DNA of 64,000 bases from Podarcis bocagei. Lineage: Eukaryota. The number at the start of each line of letters is the position of its first letter. Positions within the stretch are counted from its first letter, which is position 1. Both the position numbers and the translations under genes were made by a program. Shown here in pieces: positions 9,701 to 23,085 of this stretch. Where the stretch lies: NCBI GenBank assembly GCA_964188305.1, contig OZ076900.1, one strand, 5' to 3'. Below the pieces are notes generated by a model. That model was not told the DNA's origin, did not search any database, and saw only the letters and a program-made list of their open reading frames with translations.

Positions 9701-12700
9701 AAGCCGAGAAATAAGAGCCCAGAGCAAGGTCACCCTGGGAGCTTCAAGGCTGAATAAGGGTTTGAACCTCACTCCTGCTGGTCCTAGTCCCTTAACCACA
9801 TGGGCTCTCTTAATTATTGAACTTTCTAGAAGGAATTTCAATGGAGATGCTCTAAACAGTGCAGTTAAGCCTCCTATAGCTTCAATGGGATTTAAGCTGC
9901 CCTGCACTCATTTCATGAGAGCAAGCGTCATTGAAATCAATAGCACCAACTTCTGCATCATGATCAGAGCATTTATCCGATATATTCAAAACAAGCATCC
10001 AGTTCAGCTCTGAGAGCTTCAACATCTGCAAGCCAGCAGCTATTTCTTAAATGCTAGAATTATTCCAATGTTTTGCGAGAAGGATTTCACTGCTCAACAT
10101 GGGATCGTGGAGTGCCACACTCACAAAGGACTTTGTATGCTTAGGAGGGCATGTTTCAACACAAAGGTTATTTTCAAATTAAAAGTCTTGTCCTGTCAAA
10201 ACTTGAGAAATAATATGGGCAAGGACACAAAAGCATTCCATAGCTTTATTAACGACAGCGCTCACTGATCTGTGAATAACCCGAGAAGAAAAAAAAATGA
10301 AGATTATTGAGTTACTTTACCAATCTATCCATCCATCACTGGAGAACAGGGCTTAGAAGTGATGGATTATCTCACCTCACTGATGTTTGTCCCAAACTAA
10401 GGTTCTATTCTCAAGGGAGGGGGGCACACCAGCCAACTCCAATCACAACTGTGCTATCCACATTCTTATATCTGTCATCAATGCAAAACTAAGAATAGAA
10501 AATGCTGAAACCAAACAATTTCTTTTAACGATAAACATGCTGCTTAAAAAAAATAAAAAAGCAATGCAACCTTCAGAAAGTAGCAAACATAGGAAACCAC
10601 CTTATGTCATGGTAGACTATTTGTCCATCTAACCCAGTACTGCCTACTCTGACTGGCAGCAGCTCTCCAGGCAGAGGTTATGTCCACCTGATCCCTTTAA
10701 CAGTGGATGTGGGGGACTGAACATGGGACCTTCTGCCTGCCAAACATGTTCAATGATCCATGACCATCCTTGACATCTTCCATGCACTTAAGCTTCAAAC
10801 AAGATAGTCTGAGCTTTTTATTCCAAGCTATGAAGCCAGCTATCTCGCCTATATTCATTTAAGCTTTTACCACTCAGTCCTACAGTCCTACTTTTACCAC
10901 CCAGTCCTACTTCCTTTAAGATGAGAATGAGAGATAGAGCTGTGTGCCATCACCATACAGATAACATTTCAGCCCAGAAGTTTCATGCAGATGTTTAAAA
11001 AGCATGGGACGCAAGGTAGGACCACATAATAACTGTTGGATGGAGAACTCAGATGTTTCTACTAAAAGCTTTAATGCTCAAATCACAACAATACATAAGC
11101 AAAACAGGTATCAAAGGCACAGCAGGTGCAAGACATGCCTAACAAGCTAAACATTGATCCAACAAGTCACACACACCCTTGGCTCCTATTATAAACTAGT
11201 GGGACAGGTACTGCTTCAGTGCAGCAAGTGGGACGTATCTTTGGACTGGGCAAGCAAACAGGAATGCCTTTGGGTGGGCTAAACCTGAGTGGTCTCTTTG
11301 CAGTGGCATGGATCTCTCCATGTCCTAAGCAATGGAGAAGGTGTCAGTGCCAGCTCAGTCAGACTGATCAGCAGGTGCCTCCTTGGGGACTGGAGAGTCA
11401 TCCAGGTCATGGGCAAAGAGCAGTGCAAGGAGTGGCACTGGATCTGGAGGTGAGGCTGGCCCAGAGGGCCTGGGTGATGGCTTGCTGAATCTGCCTGTTG
11501 CTCTATCCTTGGGTGGTTCCATTGCAGCTAGTCCCAACCACCTGGTCCCTGGTCACCAACGGGCAACTCCTCCAACCTGTATTTGTTTTATTGATGATTT
11601 GTTAATTACAGAATATGTTTTATGCTGTATTTGTGATGTTATTGTTATCAATTGTTTGTAAGCAGCTTCGGTATTCATTTGAATGGAAAGCAGCATAGCA
11701 ATACAGCATTGCAGCAATACAGCATAGCAATACAGCCAACCAATCAAATCAAAACCATATATCACAGTAGACAATACTGAAAGCTGCTGATAAATCCAGA
11801 AGAATTAACAGGCTCATTCTACCACTGTTGGTCTCCCATTACAAGTTGTTTACTAGGGCAACAAACCATAGTTTGATTGAAATGGAACTGCACTATCCAA
11901 GCAGACTTTGAAGCAGAGTTGCTACAATGCTCTTGAGCACCAGAATAGAACATTTAAAACTGGCTGGTAATTACCCAAGTTAGAAGGGGTCCAAAGTTGC
12001 TGTTTTGAACAAAAGCAAAGATGAAAGATTATGCACCCGTTATAAAGGATTGAAAGAGTTTTGTTTCTGTGACCAAGCATATTTTCAGGTTATTCTATTA
12101 AGAAACCCTAGTCTGGATCCAAAGGTTCTCATCAAAACTCTTTCCGATGGAGGAAGGTAGCCTATGAATCCATCCCACTGATCTTACAAACATCCATTCA
12201 TCAGAAAGAAATGGTATATTTGTAAAACCATGGATAAAAAGCAAAATCACAAACCCAGTTTCTATTGCATAAATCTCATTCTGATAAGCTCTGAAAACAA
12301 AAATGTGAACCTTGCATATGGAAGTTACATAGTAGCATGAAAAAGAATCCCATTCACTGAGAGCAGTTTCAGAAATAAGGACCAATCTTATTCACTCAAG
12401 GGACTACCACAGTTCTAGTGAGCCTTGTAGAGTTTATGCAGAATTCATTCAGAATGGAAGGATATGACTTACAAATGTCTTTGAATCATTCACATAAATA
12501 TGCATACCTGCCATTTATAACAGTAGCCTTGATGAGAACACACAGGGTAACTGACTGCAAGAAACGCTTAAGAGGGTTACATTAAAACAGAATATGAAGA
12601 GGTGGTTAGAAATCACAGGACAAGTGACACCTTATTCTGATAACCTGGCGATAAAAATTGTAGGGTATGATGTATAGGCAGAGATGTTACCACTTGGAAG

Positions 12701-14497
12701 ACTGACTGAACACTAATCCTAGAAGTCTTAGAAACGCTGCTTAGAATTAGCAACACAAGCTGGGGCAAAGGTGGTCCTGTACATAAGAAACAGAATCATT
12801 ACAAGTTGAGATCTTTAAAGAAGGAAGCGGCTATCTTCCAAGTTAATTGATCGTGCGCTAGGAGAGCATTTTAAACAAATATTTTTCATTTTTAATGCAA
12901 GGCAATTAACCTTCTTACCAGATGCAGCACCAACATCCTTAAACAGCTGCCAAGAGCCCATCACTGCTGCCAGTAGTGCCCAGGTCTCCCTTTTCTGGCA
13001 CTCCAATAAGTGCCAGGCAGCCACCATTGTGATTGCCTACCATGTCCCTGATGCTACGCCACTCTGGTGCACCATGGGCAATCAGAACCGCAGCAGTAGA
13101 AGCACAACTGCTGCCACCCTCCTGGTCCTCTAGTAGGCCTCACCTCACCTACCCTTTGTGTCTGGTGGAAAGAAATAGGAGGAGGACAGGGGCTGGCTGG
13201 CTGGCTGGCTGCTGACATGAGAGACGCACCCGAGGACCCCCTTCAGCCTAGAGCTACTTGCCCTTCCTCCAAGGAGTTGCCAAATGGCAGTATAGCCACT
13301 GGAACCTACTTGGTTCAAAAGCAGTTCCATATATTCCTGAGTCAGGATCCATATAGCGCAACGATGTCTATATTGGCTGGTAGCAGCATTTCAGGCTTTC
13401 AGACAAGAGTCTTTTCCAGCCCTACATGCAGATGCTGGGACTCTGGGCATGCAAAGCTGATGCTCTACCTCTGAGCTGCGCGGCTTTCCCAAAGCACCCT
13501 TTAAAATAGTTTAGGGTGGTGATTCTCAAACTTTTCCTCTGGACCACTTGAAAGCTGCCATGGGTCTTGACACACCATTTAAAAACACAGGCACCTTTTG
13601 TTGTTGTGCAAATCAATGAACTTACCTAAGTCATATCTTAAATGATTGTAGTCTTGCTGTTCTAATGCAATGGGTATGTGTCTGGTTTTGTGGGCAGCGT
13701 TTGGTGAAGTTTATCTCCATCAGCAGGAAAAAAAAACCCAACCAAATTCAGAGCAAGGTGTGGGTATTTTCAGCTGTTCCACAACCTTTCTATGAGCCAC
13801 CTGAGGGCAGCTCAAGGACTGCTAGTGGACCACAGGGCACAGTTTGAGAACCTCTGGACACAAACAGGGATTTCATAAAGGCTACCCATTGACTGTAAGA
13901 GACAAGTATCACACATCAAAACATAAGGCTGTCATTCCTGCACCACACAGCAACTTTCTATATTTATGGAGAACCTTCAAAAAGCTGCTTTGAGGCTTGA
14001 TGGGAGAGAGATAGGAAAAGAAAATTTTACTGGCAAGAAAGGAAAACACATAGATGGTGGCTGCAAACTGAATTAAGAGACCCAAGATGACTTGCAACAC
14101 CACATTTAACTGCTCCCAAGGGACAGCTCCAAATTAAAGTTCATATTTTAAAGCTCCAGTTAATGAATTAATAATAGAAAACAATGTACTAGAGCTTTAG
14201 GGATTGGATCAGTCCACAGGGGTGTGAGTGTCCCTCATAGGCTATTGTGATGAGGGGGAGGGGAGGCGCCACAAGCTTAGTATACTGTTGCCATCTTAGT
14301 TCTTCCACACGATTCACCACTAAACAAAGGAAGCCCTAAGGAAGCGTTGAATTCTTAAAAGGCTTTATTTTCCACGTACAAACATGTAAACACAGGGAAA
14401 TGAAAACAGCTAAGTGTCTAAAAGGAATTAAATCAGATTAGTTAGTATTCCCAACTGAATGGATTTAAAAAAAGAAAAGAAATAAAACGTTGCTTAC

Positions 14498-14723
14498 CGG
14501 CAAAAGCACTGTGGGATCTCTCCTTGGCCATACAAAGGAAACAAGAAGGGAGTGTTTCCATAACGCCCAAGGCACTGGAGGAACTTCTGAGTCGCCTTCA
14601 GGCCATCTATGGTGTAGCAGTCAGCCTCCGGGACCATTGCAATGGAATGCAATATGAAATGCTGCAGATTGGGAGTCAACTTCTGGGTTTTTAAGTAGTC
14701 TGAGAATTTAGAGTCCTTGTGAC
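14498..14723 (-). CDS. CHM: CHM coding exon 8 ([20 protein letters not shown]...[24 protein letters not shown]); gene continues beyond the window start
   Basis: 226 nt, cag|...|gtaagc; PLYGxGExPQxFCR signature of GDI/REP. Confidence 0.97.
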
Positions 14724-15339
14724 CTGTTTCGGGGAATAAAAGAAAAGTCAAGCATTAATTAGTCGTTCCGGATAATTATTTACAACTACAGCAACAAAAC
14801 AACAACAACAAAAACCAGCCAGTCAATCTGCATACTACAATCACAGAAGGACTGTACTATGTCAGATACTGTGTTAGTCATCTTTTAGGCTTCAGGCATC
14901 TCACTGAACTCTACCAGGCAAGAAACACTCAAACACTAAGCCTAGGGACTGGTTTTGTGTTTTTTCTTTATTGGTTACATTTGTTCCCCACCACTCCTCC
15001 AAGGAGTTCAAGGTCATACACACACTTCTTCTCCCTCTCACCATTTTATCCTCCCAGCAACCCTGCGAGGTAGACTGAAAAACGGGGACCGGCTTAAAGT
15101 CACCCAGTGGGCTTCATAACTGAGTGGGGAATTGAAACTTGATCTCTCAGGTCTTAGTCTGACACTAACCATTACACCATACTGGCTCACACTGTTTTGG
15201 ATACAAGCCCTCCCTACCCATTTTTTAAAGCACAACAACCATCAACCCCATTTTTGCTGTTCTCTCTTGCCTCAAGAAACAAAATCATCACTCACAGCAT
15301 TGGAACTGCATGTATTGCCTGAATTAGAAATGCACTTAG

Positions 15340-15760
15340 ATGGATGCTCTTAGCCCGGAGATGGAAGGAAGACAAAGTTTCCACCAGAGAGGAATGGCAG
15401 ACCAAACTGATGGATTGTGTGGAGATGGTGAAAATGACTGGGAAAATCAGAAACCAGGAAGACCAGAATTTCCACAAAGGATGGGGAAAATTTATAATTT
15501 ACCTTGGAGACCACTGTAAATACTTGAACTCTTTAGCAGGATTTGAATAACACTTGTAGTGTAACAAGAACTAGGGATATATGGGATACTTAAAAACTGG
15601 AGTGACTTACAATATGCAGCAGAAAAAGCACTAGCAATGGAACCCAAGGGTGGGGGGAAGCCCAGAGATTGGGGTAAATCTTTGTTTATTTACCTTTTTA
15701 TTACTTATAATTTTTAATATACATTTTAATTTGTAAAACCAAATAAAAAAATATTATAAA
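15340..15760 (+). mobile_element. L1-type LINE extreme 3' fragment
   Basis: LLARRWK...TREEWQTKLMD..EM.KMTGKIRNQ parallels the peptide at 20912..21370; ends in aataaaaaaa. Confidence 0.7.
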
Positions 15761-16022
15761 AGGGGGCGGGGAGAAATGCTCAGAGCTCCACATGCTCAAA
15801 GGCTTCAACATCAACTCAAATGATTATGAAGGTTCCACACCTGCCCCAGAGCGTCCCCCAACAATAAAGTGAATGGAAAGCCTGCACACATGGGGCTTCC
15901 TTCAGCACATCAGAGGTAATAGGGAGATCTTGTATAGCATCTGAGAGCCAAAAGGTGCAGACATTTAAAGATCAAATGAAAATGCCCAGTGAGATTCTCC
16001 TCTTCAACAAATAGGTACAAAC

Positions 16023-16143
16023 CTTGATATTCATCAGGGTGCTGCTTGTAATCCAGACAAAATGTAAGAAATTTCATCAGCATTCTTTTTTCCACCATGG
16101 TCAACTGTTTGCTGTTGAAGACGTCAGCTCTAGAACATGGAAC
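16023..16143 (-). CDS. CHM: CHM coding exon 7 (VPCSRADVFNSKQLTMVEKRMLMKFLTFCLDYKQHPDEYQ)
   Basis: 121 nt, cag|...|gtttgt, within ORF 15910..16311. Confidence 0.96.
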
Positions 16144-17999
16144 CTGAAATATAATTTGGAGGTTATTTTCCACCATTCCAAACACAGTCAGGGCCAGGAA
16201 ATGATCTGTGTCACAGAACTGGAGAAATCTGCAATTTTTTAAAAAACCATTGTCCTTTAGTATTAATTTAAAAATGGGATTTTTCTGTCTTAAAAAAGTT
16301 ATCTCTTGCAAACACCATAGTCAGATAACTTAATCATGCTTAAGTGGAGGTCTGGAGTGTGCTGTGGGATTCTGCACTCTCTTCCCTGGTCCCATGCTTC
16401 ACAGGTACAAATTACCTCCTGCCCTCTCAGAACCATGGCTTGTTCCTCAAAATTTAAATGCTGATTAAGAGGGAACCTTGGTTTAATATTAATCATGGTT
16501 GCATAGGGAGAGGGAAGGGATCCCACAGCCCAATTGCTTAACCATGGTAAAGAAGAATGGGGACATTACATTTACGCCTGCCTTATGAGTCACGCCTTCT
16601 AACAGTCATTACACACAGGCGTAGCCAATTCAGAGTATTCTGAAGATTATCAGCATGGATCACAACCTACCTTCCTTCCAGAGGGAAACTGCCTTATTTT
16701 ATGAATTAAAAAAGTGCTATTTCAACAAGTTTAAGGATTGTCTTTTGAGCAATCACTCAACTTTTGAGAAATCTCTTGCAGCTCTTTTCTAGTCCTATAA
16801 ACTTGTGTTCAGATCAATGCAAACTTCCTGTCTTTTCTGCCCAAGGGCACCATGATGTCTGCAAAAACTCATGTTTGATGCCTCTTAGACTTCTCTTCTC
16901 CCATATAATAAGCCACTAATATGCTATTCTTCTAGACAAACACTTGGTGTTGGTTCATGTGATGGTCTTTCATTTTAAACAACCTTTAATGCTGGGCAAT
17001 TGTGTCCTTCAAGGACACAATTGTCCTCACAAAAACTATGATTTTGGTTTATGTGATTTTCCGGTATGCATCCTGTTGACTGCAGAGTTACATTAGAAGG
17101 CATTTCCTTTCTTAGTTCTGCTAATAAGCTCTAGCACCTCCTTCCCAACTAAATGCAAATAATGAATTTGGAAAACTGCACTATTTGGAAATCTGTTGCT
17201 AATATTAGATTTATTATATCAACAGTCAACTGGTGAGAATGGGAGATTTGGAGCACCAATCAAATTAACTCTCTTTTTCCAATTCCTTAACATATTCCCA
17301 AACCTCAGGTACATGTGCTCCCTCCTCTAGCCTTCTCCACTCCAGTTCCCTTCCCAACTCCTTTTGCTGGGCAAACCATTATTATCTGAATTGGTAAATT
17401 TTTAGTTTGCACTTGCCCTCCAAACCAAAACTACAAGGCCATTTAAAACCATAGTTTCCAACTATGGAATGTACAAGGGGAAGAGAGAGGGTAGAGGGGA
17501 AACAGTGTGTGTGAGCTTGAAACTTTGATCCCAGGCCTGCATCAGCAGTTGGTATCACTAGGAATGTGCCAAAGCCCATGCTTCTACTGAGGGCACACTG
17601 CCAACCCCAGGTGCCTCCTGGCTCCACTTCTCTCTCTTCCTTACTGCCACTGGGCATGCAAGCAGAGATAAGAGGGAGTAATGTGGATATAGCATGGACC
17701 TTCACTTGACTTGTATACTTCCTCTGGGAAGTTGTGAAGATTGGGACCAGAGGGAGAAAGCAAGTGAGTGGGTAACAGTGACAGTGGTGAGGAGAAGATG
17801 GGCCCATTCAGAAAGGGGGTCCCAATGACAGCAACTTACTCAAGACACTTCAAAACATGCAGCTGTTCCTGCTTAGACGAGCCAGATCAGGGTCTGGTCA
17901 TTATATCCAAACCAGTCCAAGAATAAAAGAATGTACAGTATAGCAGAGAAAGTGGTAGGGTGAAAGGAATTATAGCTACATAAAAACTTATGTTAGTCA

Positions 18000-18290
<291 letters not shown>

Positions 18291-20619
18291 TTAAAAGTGT
18301 CATTTATATGATAACAGTGGGAGTACTACTTCTGTATCTTAAGCCTTTGAATAACAGTAGAAAATGCTGCCAGAGCTATAGCCAAAGTGGGACAAGTGAA
18401 AAACAAGAGGTAAATGCCAGCATGCTTGGGGGAGCCTTGAGATTTCCCCCTTTATTCTTGAAAAAGTAGAAGGAGCAAACCGCCACTACCCTGCAAAAAC
18501 AAAATAAAACTGCCCAATGAGACTGAAACAACCACCTAATGCAGCTGTAAAAGAGTACAAAGAGGAGGAGATGAAATGCCCTGCTTTAAGAGAATGGTTG
18601 GCTGGAACAGCAGCATCACTTTCAGGATGAAAGATACACAACAACATTTTGTTGCAGTTGGAATTTGTCTATATACTAATACTATATACTACAAAAGTTC
18701 CAGCTTCAGTGTGGGTGTAAAGCTATTAGCAGGGTCATTCCTACTTGGTTCAGGACTTAAATTAAAAGGCACATACTCTTCCAGATTTGGTGGAGGGGAA
18801 TAAGGATGCTCCCCTACACTCCATAACTCTATGGGCAATAACTGCTGCATATTTGACTTTACCTTACTGAAAAGTTCACTCCTGTGCTCACTTGAAGCAA
18901 AGCCAGAGGCTTCAAGGTGAAGAAAAGATGGAGAATAAAGGTAAAATGCAACCTGGAAGGGCTGCTTCCGATTTTTCTACGAGTGCCCGAGTAAGTGGGA
19001 GAATCATGCTTTTCAAATTTCCAGGTCATACTTGAAGGAGGAGGGGAGAATCTACTACAGACTAAATCCAGGAGGAGGAGGAGGAGGAGACACATAATTC
19101 ACACATTCTCTCACACATAGTTTCTGGCTGCTTTCACTGTTGTCCAGAAGCAGAGAGAGAGATGAAGGATAGGTTCTTGCTGAAATAGTCAAGAGAAAAA
19201 CCTTGGGGAAGTCAGAGAAGAGGCACAAATCCTTTCATGCAATCTTGGCAGAAGAAGTCATCTACATCAGGGATAGTCGTCATGAGTTCTCATCATCCTT
19301 GATCCCCGGCCATGCTGGCTAGGAATGATGCAAATTGTGATCTAACGGGTGGAGGGTATCACAATGACTATACTTGTTTTATATAGTGAGTTACTGGGTA
19401 TCCAGACCCGCAACACATGAACTAGGGTCCAAATGGTTTACTCCCACCAATATGTGAGTTTCAAGCACTTTCAGGGGTGCAGTATTTACTTTGCACTGCC
19501 TCATGGGGCGATGCTTCAAAAGGCCACCTTAATCTGCAGAGGAAGGGCAGTTTTGAGGTGAGCTAAAGAGCCTCTGTGCATAAACAGTAAATGCAGAGAA
19601 TGTGATCCCAGCCAAAGAACTGAAAAGAGCAGAAGAAAGGATGCAGTCAGGCTGCAAGCCATCTGGTAATCAGAAATAAAGGGAGGCAGCAACCAATGCC
19701 AGTTTGGTCTACCTGGAGGTGAGGACAATGAGAGAACAAGATGTTGAACTAGATGGGGATTTGGCCTGATCCACCAGGGCTTTTCCTATACAGTATTCTT
19801 ATCCTTAGGAACTAAACTTCCTGGAACACAGGGTACTTCCAAACAATCTGTTTAAACAGCATTTATCCTGATTTATTTCCAGGGAGATCAGATGACATTG
19901 GCTATTTAATGAGCATTCATTTCAAATTATTTGTGTGGAAGTTAGGTGGAGCTGCATTAAAGCAAATGTAATCCCAGGGCATTTTCTTTTCACTTTCCTT
20001 AAAGCATAAAATCTGATTGTTTGGGGAAGTAGGTTTGTTGCCCAAGAGTGTGAAATCAACTGAACAATCTGAATTTTGCCAGGGTGCAACTGAATCCCAT
20101 CCCAAAATACTGAAAGTCAGGGAGTGCCCTAGGTTTGATAAATAAAAATAGAGAATCTTATGGGAGCTATCCATGCCATCAAGAAATAGCTGGAGATCTT
20201 CTTTCCATTTCTACTGCATAACATACTTGCCAGTTTTTTGAGGTTTCAAACTTGTACATTCTGGTTGCATTTAGACAATGCATTAGCTTTTATCGACCTG
20301 TACAAAACCTCTTTGGCTCCTCCCTTTGTGCAAGCAGGGAAAACAAACTAAGAGGTTGCAATGTGTCCTGTTATGTGTCAATTGGTAACTATGGTTAATA
20401 GCTTCCAAACCAGCCAGGTTTTGAAAACCAACTTCCTTACACTTATCCATTTGCGGGTGATGAGAAGCTCTAGTTAATGGTGGCTTCCTGGTTTGTTCCC
20501 CTGGTTGTGCTAAGTGGGTGGGTGGGCAAGTAAAGTGATTCCATGCAGGTTCATGAAGCTCATGCCATTATTTCCATGCATTCTTTATACATTTTCTTTC
20601 CCTCAATTTCCGTCTTTTT

Positions 20620-21366
20620 TTTTTTAAAAAAAAGATATTTATTAAAGTTTTTAAAATATAACAATGAAAATGAAAAATAAAAAGAAACAAAATACAACAT
20701 AAAAACAGTTAAAAAACAAATAATTTTCCATAACATATCTTCCTTACACTTATTTCCCCAGACCTACTCATACCTCCCTTCTTTGTATTCCACTTCAATT
20801 TGTTAGTTCAGCAAATCCTTACCATTAAGCTTTTACCCATTTGTAAACCTTTTTTTCATATATCCTAAAGCATTACAGCTGGAAACCCCTTAGTTTCTAT
20901 CCAACATCCTTCTAGCATTCATTAATTTTACAATATTTCTGTAAATAGTCTTTAAATTTCTTCCAGTCTTCTTTCACCATCTCCTCTCCCTGGTCTCGGA
21001 TTCTGCCAGTCATTTCTGCCAATTCCATGTAGTCGATCACCTTCATCTGCCATTCTTCCAGAGTGGGTAAATCTTGTGTCTTCCAATACTTTGCAATGAG
21101 TATTCTTGCTGCTGTTGTAGCATACATAAAAAAAGTTCTGTCCTTCTTTGGCACCAATTGGCCGACAATGCCCAGGAGAAAGGTCTCTGGTTTCTTCAGG
21201 AAGGTATATTTAAATACCTTTTTCAGTTCATTATATATCATTTCCCAGAAAGCCTTAATCTTTGGGCACGTCCACCAAAGGTGAAAGAATGTACCTTCTG
21301 TTTCTTTACATTTCCAACATTTGTTGTCGGGCAAGTGATAGATTTTTGCAAGCTTGACTGGTTGTT
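20620..21366 (-). mobile_element. L1-clade LINE 3' fragment with TSD
   Basis: ORF 20912..21370 contains the L1 ORF2 CCHC knuckle (CWKC...HLWWTC); poly-T at left; 17-bp TSD tcaatttccgtcttttt at 20603-20619 and 21367-21383. Confidence 0.9.
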
Positions 21367-21798
21367 TCAATTTCCGTCTTTTTGAGGCTTAAACTACTGT
21401 CCTCATTTCCTCAATATCCCAGCAAGCAGTGTGCTCACAACGGTTACAAGTTAAAACCATAAAACTTAATCTTCTAATACCTTTGCTCACTTTATATAAG
21501 CTAAAAATTTATTACACATTCTGGGAAGGACATGAATGTAAAAAACCACAGCACAAGATGGATGACTTAACTTTTTAAAAAAGAAGAAGCAATGCTCCAC
21601 TGAAGAAAGTTACTTATGCAATGCCATCACTCTCAAAGTCTTGAGGAGAGAACTTTATAAGGCCTAGCAAGAGATGTGGGAGACTGGTTCCAAAGGAAGC
21701 TAGGCCAGAGTTGCAGAATCTGGGAGAGCTCTGACTGAGTGACTTACCGTAATTTGCCAGCAAACCCCCACACAGTTACAACAGGTGGAATGTGGGGG

Positions 21799-21990
21799 AC
21801 ATAAGAAGCTGCCTTATACCAGCTCAGACCATTGGTACATCTAGCTCAGTATTGTCTGGAATGGGCAGCAGTGGTTCCCCAGGGTTTTAAGCAGAGGGCT
21901 TTTCCAGCCCTACCAGGTGATGCTGAGGAATGAACTTGGGACTTTCTCCTACCATGCAAAGCAGATGCTCTACTACTGAGCTATAGGGGC
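21799..21990 (-). mobile_element. Squam3-type tRNA-derived SINE (other copies ~13340-13480, ~49590-49735)
   Basis: Reverse complement atagctcagtagtagagcatctgctttgcatgg...gtagggctggaaaa...ggtataaggcagcttcttatgt. Confidence 0.7.
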
Positions 21991-22682
21991 AGTGGGGGGA
22001 CTGTATGGGAAACTCAAATCCAATGTCATCTGGAAGCCACAGAACTAGTTTTGGAACTCTTTGGACCCTGTCTCTGTTTAGCACTGCCACAATTACTATG
22101 TCTGCAACTTCACATGACTTCATAAGGCAAAAGTAACGACTATCATTAAGCATGTGCACCAAATCATAACATTTGATTCTCCCCAATGGTTCATCCTGCA
22201 ATAATATTTCTCGCAACAAGGTAGAAGAGAGTTAGAATAGTACGACAGCACAGTAGTTGTTTTTTGTTTTCTGGAATTACAGTTTCTTAAAAAGCACATA
22301 GCTTTCAGAGAACATGTAGTACAGTTCTCCCTGCAAAAACCCAAATCCCTGATCAGCAAACCAACATTCCTAAAGGAAAAGGTGCAAGAAGTGTCTTGTT
22401 TTGAGACCCAATATGGTTGTCCTATCCCCAAAGCAAAGTGTGCTTTTAGCAGATACTTTAGCTTTGGTTAAATTTTTTTTTACGAGAGCACGTGTGTCTA
22501 TTTAAAACCCCCACAAAATGTTCTTTTATAAAGTGACCTATGTTCTTTAGAGCAGAATACTAGGTCCCAGTATCATCGTAATTATCTTGCATTGCCTGTG
22601 AAGTTTCCAAAGGAATATTTTCAATGAAGCAAACATAGGGTGCAGGGTTAATAAAGAAAACATAGGCAATGAGTTCCCTTAC

Positions 22683-23085
22683 CTTAGAAATTAAATCAAT
22701 ATTAAATCGTCTCCCTTCTTTAACAATTTGGGAATAAGTAATTTTCCTTGGTTCAGCTGCAGCTTCCACTATTGATGCAGCTTCGTTATTTTCCACTTCC
22801 TGTACTGACTGACCAGGCGTTACATTGTCACAGGGTTTCTCCCCCAGAGAGGTCACTTCAACAGCTTCGTGGTCAGCTGTACATTCTGGTTCACTTCCTG
22901 CAGCACTGTCAGGGAATGTTTCTTCATCTTTGGTCCCCGATGGCTGATCCTCCAAAGGAAAGCACTTTTCCTCAGCCTCTGGGCTGCCAGAGACTTCCTC
23001 TATAACCTCACTAGAAGCAGAAGCAACAGAGGCAGGGGCCTTCGGAAGTGCACCAGCTTCTTCCACATCTTCAGCTAGATCCTGA
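22683..23085 (-). CDS. CHM: CHM coding exon 5 (QDLAEDVEEAGAL...RKITYSQIVKEGRRFNIDLISK)
   Basis: 403 nt (1+402, ends in phase 0), cag|TCAGGAT...|gtaagg. Acidic REP-specific insert followed by conserved ITYSQIxKEGRRFNIDL; overlaps ORF 22560..23066. Confidence 0.94.

Noticed and set aside
1-14497. CHM exon 9 (MCAVFGG...)
   Set aside because: Looked for by eye on the minus strand and not found; presumably left of the window.
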